Source of the DNA: the human T2T-CHM13v2.0 reference genome, Homo sapiens
Length of the DNA: 64,000 bases
Direction: 5' to 3' (one strand)
NCBI RefSeq assembly: GCF_009914755.1
Contig: NC_060943.1
A program made the translations under genes and the position numbers. Below the pieces are notes generated by a model. That model ran no database searches. It was given only the letters and a program-made list of their open reading frames with translations, and was not told the origin of the DNA. Each line of letters begins with the position of its first letter. Positions within the stretch are counted from its first letter, which is position 1. This document shows, one piece after another, positions 58,717-64,000 of the stretch.

Positions 58717-59733
58717 TGAAGGGGTGGCCTGCTCCTCCACACCTGTGGGTATTTCTAGTCAGGTGGGAATGAGAAAAGAAATAAGATACAAAGTATAGAG
58801 AAACAACAGTGGGCCCAGGGGACCGGCGCTCAGCATACCAAGGACCTGCACCAGCACTGGTCTCTGAGTTCCCTCAGTTTTTATTGATTATTATTTTCAT
58901 TATTTCAGCAAAAATGAATGTAGTAGGAGAGCAGGGTGATGATAAGGAGAAGGTCAGCAAAAAACATGTGAGCAAAAGAATCTATGTCATAATTAAGTTC
59001 AAGGGGAGGTACTATGCCTGCATGTGCACGTAGGCCAGATTTATGTTTCTCTCCACCCAAACATCTCAGCGGAGTAAAGAATAACAAAGCAGCATTGCTG
59101 TAAACATGTCTTGCTTCCCACCATAGGGCGGTTTTTCTCCTATCCCAGAATAGAACAAATGTACAATCGGGTTTTATACTGAGACATTCAGTTCCCGGGG
59201 GCAGGCAGGAGACAGTGGCCTTCCTTTATCTCAACTGCAAGAGGCTTTCCTCTTTTACTAATCCACCTCAGCACAGACTCTTTACGGGGGTCAGACTGGG
59301 GGATGGTCAGGTCTTTCTCATCCCACGAGGCCATATTTCAGACTATCACATAGGGAGAAACCTTGGACAATACCCCACTTTCAAGAGCAGAGGTCCCTGC
59401 GGCTTTCTGCAGTGCATTGTGCCCCTGGTTTATTGAGACTAGAGAATAGTGATGACTTTTACCAAGTATACTGCTTGTAAACATTTTGTTAACAAGGCAC
59501 TTCCTGCATAGCCCTAGATCCCTTAAACCTTGATTTCATACAACACATGTTTTTGTGAGCTCCAGGTTGGGTCAAAGTGGCTGGGGCAAAGTGGCTGGGG
59601 CAAAGCTACAAATTAACAACATCTCAGCAAAGCAATTATTCAAAGTACAGGTCTTTTTCAAAATGGAGTCCCTTATGTCTTCCCTTTCTACATAGACACA
59701 GTAACAGTCTGATCTCTCTTTCTTTTCCCTATA
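58717..59733 (-). mobile_element. HERV-K(HML-2) solo LTR, LTR5A-type
   Basis: TGAAGGGGTGGCCTGC...GATCTCTCTTTCTTTTCCCTATA, ~1017 bp; TSD GCCCC (5-6 bp); empty site seen in the paralog at ~55105. Confidence 0.9.
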
Positions 59734-59798
59734 GCCCCCAAACCACAAACTATGTCTGGGGGCTGTCCTATTGATTAATCATGGTTTGTACATATTAA

Positions 59799-60093
59799 CT
59801 TTTTTTTTTTTGAGACGGAGTTTTGCTCTTGCTGCCCAGGCTGGAGTGCAATGGCACAATCTTGGCTCACCGCAACCTGAACCTCCTGGGTTCAAGTGAT
59901 TCTCCTGCTTCCGCCTCCTGAGTAGCTGGGATTACAGGCAGGCATCACCACGCCTGGCTAATTTTGTATTTTCAGTAGAGATGAGGTTTATCCATGTTGC
60001 TCAGGCTGGTCTCGAACTCCTGACCTCAGGTAATCCACCTGCCTTGGCCTCCCAACATGCTGGGATTACAGGTGTGAGCCATGCCACCTGGCC
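59799..60093 (-). mobile_element. AluSp-like (paralog of 54731-55045)
   Basis: Same insertion point and shared substitutions. Confidence 0.88.
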
Positions 60094-60722
60094 TTAAATA
60101 TTTTTTATAGAAATAATTAAATGACAGATTGTGGGGGATTAGTCAAAATGGGGGGAGAAATTATAGGGAAAGGAGCAGGCCTTTTGAAAGGTCAGAAGGC
60201 TCTGCAAAACTTTGTGGGAGAATAAGCTGACGGCAGCCGTTCTCTTACCCTGAGGCAGAGGGTGAGGAGTAGGTACAAGGGAATGTAGGGGAATTTATCT
60301 TAAATAGGCTTGTTTGCTCGTGTTGTCCAGAAGCTGACCTTTGATCATCCATGCTCTTGACTGCTCTCTGAAAGGGGGAACAATAATGTTAATTACCTGC
60401 AGATTGTGTTTGCTCCAGGCTTTCCGTATTATGTCTGTACTGAATAAAAGCAAGCAGCTCCAGCTGTTCGGGGCTGCTCTCGTCTTTGACCACAAGTGCT
60501 GGCCAGTCCTCTAGCTGCTCTTACACTGCATACCTGTGTCTGAGTACTCCTTTCATTCATCAATTGGCCAGGGTCTATGGGACAGACCTGGCAGCTGGTG
60601 CCCCATGTGAACAAAGCTGCAATGGAACCCTCAAAAACAAAGGTGAAGAGACTGTGCAGTAAGTAATCAGTGCCCATTCAGGATTTCCAAGTTTGAGGGG
60701 ATTTTCAAGCTAGGGTTTCATC

Positions 60723-62040
60723 ATGGGACAACAGTTATCAGCTCAACAGCAACAGCATATAAAAGTATTGAAACAGCTGCTTCAAGCTAGTGGAGCCTCA
60801 GTTTTGGAAGCCCAATTAAGGGACCTAATGCAAAGTGTTGTTTTTCATAACCCATGGTTCCCAGAGGAAGGCACACTAGACCTAGAGCTCTGGGAACAAG
60901 TGGGGAGAAAACTTAGATGACATCATGCGCAAGGGCAACAGGTCCCAGTAACATCTTTAATGTTAGGGGGCTTTGTTAGGGCTGCTTTGGCCCCGCTCTA
61001 CACAGAAGTGCCTAAAAAGGGAAGGGAGGAAGAACCATCATCTGCCTTACCACCTCCTCCTCCTCCCCCAGCCCTGCTGTTACCAGGTAAAGGTGCCACA
61101 GAGGAGACAGAGATTTTCCCTGTGCCCCCTCCCCCAGTAAATTGGAAAAAAGACAAGGGATACACTACAGTTATGGGACCCTGTCTTAGGCAAGCAGCAT
61201 TAGAAGGGGAGCTCTTGGCATGCCCGGTGATGCAAGATCAACAAGGCAATTGGGTACATGAACCCATTACTTTTAACACCTATAAAGATGCCACAGCAGC
61301 CAACTTCCATATGACCCCATGAGACTGGCCACTACTAGCTAAAACAACTTTAGAAGCCAGTCAATATCTCCTCTGGAAGGCAGAATATGATGAGTTGTAC
61401 TAACAACAAGCCAACCAGAATCAGTTGGCTGGGCAAAACATAACGGCCGCTATGCTCCAGGGGAGGGGTCCCTATGTCAATGTACAAGAACAATTAATTT
61501 TGTTCCCCAGGCCTATGCACAAGTGTCTTTGTGTGCTCGCAGGGCTTGGGACTGAATTCCTGAAGATGGAGTTCAACAGGGATCTTTTGTGAATGTTCAA
61601 CAAGGGCCTAAGGAGCCATTTGTTATCAGTCGGTTAACACAGGCAATTAAGAGACAAATTAGTCACGCCCAGGCTGCTGAAATCTTATTGTTGCAATTGG
61701 CTTATGAAAATGCTAATGTAGACTGCCAGCAGGCAATGCAGGCTATTGTATTAAAGCCTCCTAAAGTGAAAAGGGAGAAAAACCCAAATTGTTTTCTATG
61801 CGGAGAGCCAGGTCGTGTGAAGTGGGAATGCCCCAATAGTAAAGACCAAAGTAACTCAGGAAAAAAAAACAAAACCCTTCTACATGCCCCCGATGTAAAA
61901 AGGGGAAACACTGGGCAAATCAATGCAAGTCCAAATTTGATAAAAATGTCAACCCCCTAAGCAATCAGGTGGGACATTTCATGAGGGGCTGGCCCCAGGC
62001 CCCATTCCACACTGGGGCAATGCCAGTGGCTTTCCTCGGT
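60723..62040 (+). pseudogene. gag: HML-5 gag, disrupted
   Basis: ORF pieces 60723-60920, 60960-61322, 61589-61960 (QGPKEPF, LAYENANVDCQ, CFLCGEPGRVKWEC). Confidence 0.85.
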
Positions 62041-62759
62041 TAGATGGAAAGCCCACAGTCCTCTCTTTCAGAGCAGCCACCTTGGGGAGCGCAGGACTGG
62101 ACTTACTCTGCCCTGACAAATTAGTGCTAAAAGAAGGAGAACACCCTAAAGGGTTGCAACAGGGATCTGGGGTCCACTGCCTCTGGGAACAGTGGGACTG
62201 GTCCTAGTGCGATGAAACCTATCCAGTAAAGGAGTCAATGTGCTCACTGGGGTAATTGATAGTGATTACCAAGATGAGATATTAATTATGATTTAATGTA
62301 AAGGTCTACATATTCTTCCCCCTAAATCTAAAATAGCTCAGTTACTACTCTTACCATACTGGGTTCCCAATGCCCAGGGAAAGGAAAGGGGACAAGGAGG
62401 TTTTGGAAACACGGAAGCCACAGGAGTATATTGGAACCAATCAATCACTGATCAGAGACTCATGATTACCTTAAAAATTGAAAATAAAAATTTTACTGGC
62501 CTATTGGACACAGGGTGAACATTTTGATCATCAGTGATGAAAACTGGCCAGAAACTTGGCCTTGGGTCACTCAGAAACAGAAAATTGTCATCATCAGGGA
62601 AGTGCACACAGCCAAGCAGAGCACACACCCCTTAATATGTCATGATTCAGAGAGAAGGAAAGCAGTTATACAACCTCAAATCATGCCCATCCCAGTTAAT
62701 ATTTGTGGATGGGACCTATTAGCCCAATGGGGGGTTACTCTGCAGACCTCTTTCTAATA

Positions 62760-63965
62760 ATGGCCACTGTTGTTATTCCTCCCCTACCCCTGACGTGGCT
62801 CTCTCAAGATCCAATTTAGGTAGAACAGTGGCCTTTGAAGGGAGAGAAATTACAATGAGCCCATAAATTAGTTGAGGAGCCATTAAAAGCTGGCCATTTA
62901 GAACCATCAGACAGCCCTTGGAATTCACCTATTTTCGTCATTCCCAAAAAGTCTGGTAAATGGAAACTTGTGCATGACTTATGTGCTATCAATGCTAATT
63001 TGTAACCTGTGGGGCCCCTTCAACAGGGGCTCCCTTTCCCCACGGTGATTCCTCAAGATTGGCCTATATTCATTATTGACTTAAAAGACTGCTTTTATAT
63101 TATTTCCCTTGCAGAACAGGAAAGAGAAAAATTTGCATTTACAATACCAGCTATAAATAATGAAAGGCCAGCTCCTCCAATTCATTGGAAAGTACTTCCT
63201 CAAGGAATGCTAAACAGTCCTACCATGTGTCAGTATCATGTAAATCAGGCTTTGCTTCCCAGTAGAAAAGAATTTCCTAATTGCAATATCATCTGGATGA
63301 CATCTTACTGGTGGCCCCAATGGAGCCAATACTTTTGAGTTTATATGCCCCTGTCAAAAGGAATACACAGTTAAGAGGTTTAATCATAGCACCTGAAAAG
63401 GTACAGATGTCCTCCCCTTGGAAATATCTTAGATACATACTAACTTCCCGGTCAGTAAGACCTCAAAATGTTAAATACTAGCAACTTATATACCTTAAAT
63501 GATTATCAAAAATTACTAGGCAATATTACCTGGCTTCACCCCACCTTGGACATAACTACTGATAAGTTGCAGAACCTGTTTTCTATCCTAAAGGGCAATG
63601 AAACCCTGGACACCCCCAGGTATTTAACCTCCACTGCAAATAGGGAAATTGAGGAAATAGAGCAAGCTATTTCTCATAGGAAACTAGATTGCATAGACCC
63701 ACAATATTCAGTCCAGTTGTTTGTTTCTCCTACAAAACATTCCCCAACAGGATTAATAGGACAGATGGCCCCAGGGCTGTGCTTCCTAGAATGGGTTTTT
63801 GCTCACACACTGGGACTAAAACACTGTCCCCCTATATCCAGCTAATTGGTAAAGTCATTTATACAGGCCACAGATGATGCAATCGATTGCAAGGTTATGA
63901 CTCTGATGTCATAAGAATACCCTTAAGTAAAAAACAATTCGAAGGAGTCCTGCCCTTATCTCTAG
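62760..63965 (+). pseudogene. pol: HML-5 pol (RT), disrupted and cut by an antisense Alu at ~63967
   Basis: [47 protein letters not shown]. Confidence 0.88.
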
Positions 63966-64000
63966 ATTTTTTCTTTTTTTTGAGACACAGTCTTGCTCTA

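Larger units (their letters stand above)
60130..63965 (+). mobile_element. HERV-K(HML-5)/HERVK22 provirus, 5' LTR (LTR22) through RT; defective
   Basis: LTR 60130-60593; PBS TGGTGCCCCATGTGA (tRNA-Met-like); gag MGQQLSAQQ..NPWFPEEGTLD, two NC knuckles; dUTPase GSAGLDL/GVIDSDY; protease LLDTG; [24 protein letters not shown]; stops and frameshifts. Confidence 0.9.

Overview
Human genomic DNA, judged from human-specific AluYb8 and AluYa5 copies, from a ZNF91-subfamily KRAB zinc-finger gene cluster (19p12- or 7q11.21-type architecture; exact locus not determined). No complete protein-coding gene lies in the window. In order: (1) 1-7.9 kb, intron 1, exon 1 (coding MPGPPGSLEM) and CCAAT/GC-box promoter of a minus-strand KRAB-ZNF gene, with an HERV-K LTR5_Hs-type solo LTR about 190 bp from the splice donor; (2) about 12.5-31.8 kb, a foreign-looking block rich in old repeats, carrying an unprocessed, frameshifted TMEM61 copy (CpG island, exon 1 remnant, exon 2); (3) 31.8-36.4 kb, a beta-satellite-like array of about 70-bp units; (4) 37-60 kb, two head-to-head exon-less copies of the ZNF intron-1 module, interrupted by an HERV15/ERV3-like provirus, L1, SVAs, AluYa5 and LTR5A; (5) 60.1-64 kb, the 5' half of an HML-5 provirus. 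Best leads: an open 42-codon transmembrane/Cys-rich ORF ending 2 nt before env, an SVA 3' transduction with a broken poly(A) signal, a templated gag insertion with a fold-back scar in RNase H, APOBEC3-like G-to-A stops, and the TMEM61 duplicon with a retained CpG island. Repeat-family and protein names come from recalled consensus sequences, not from database searches.
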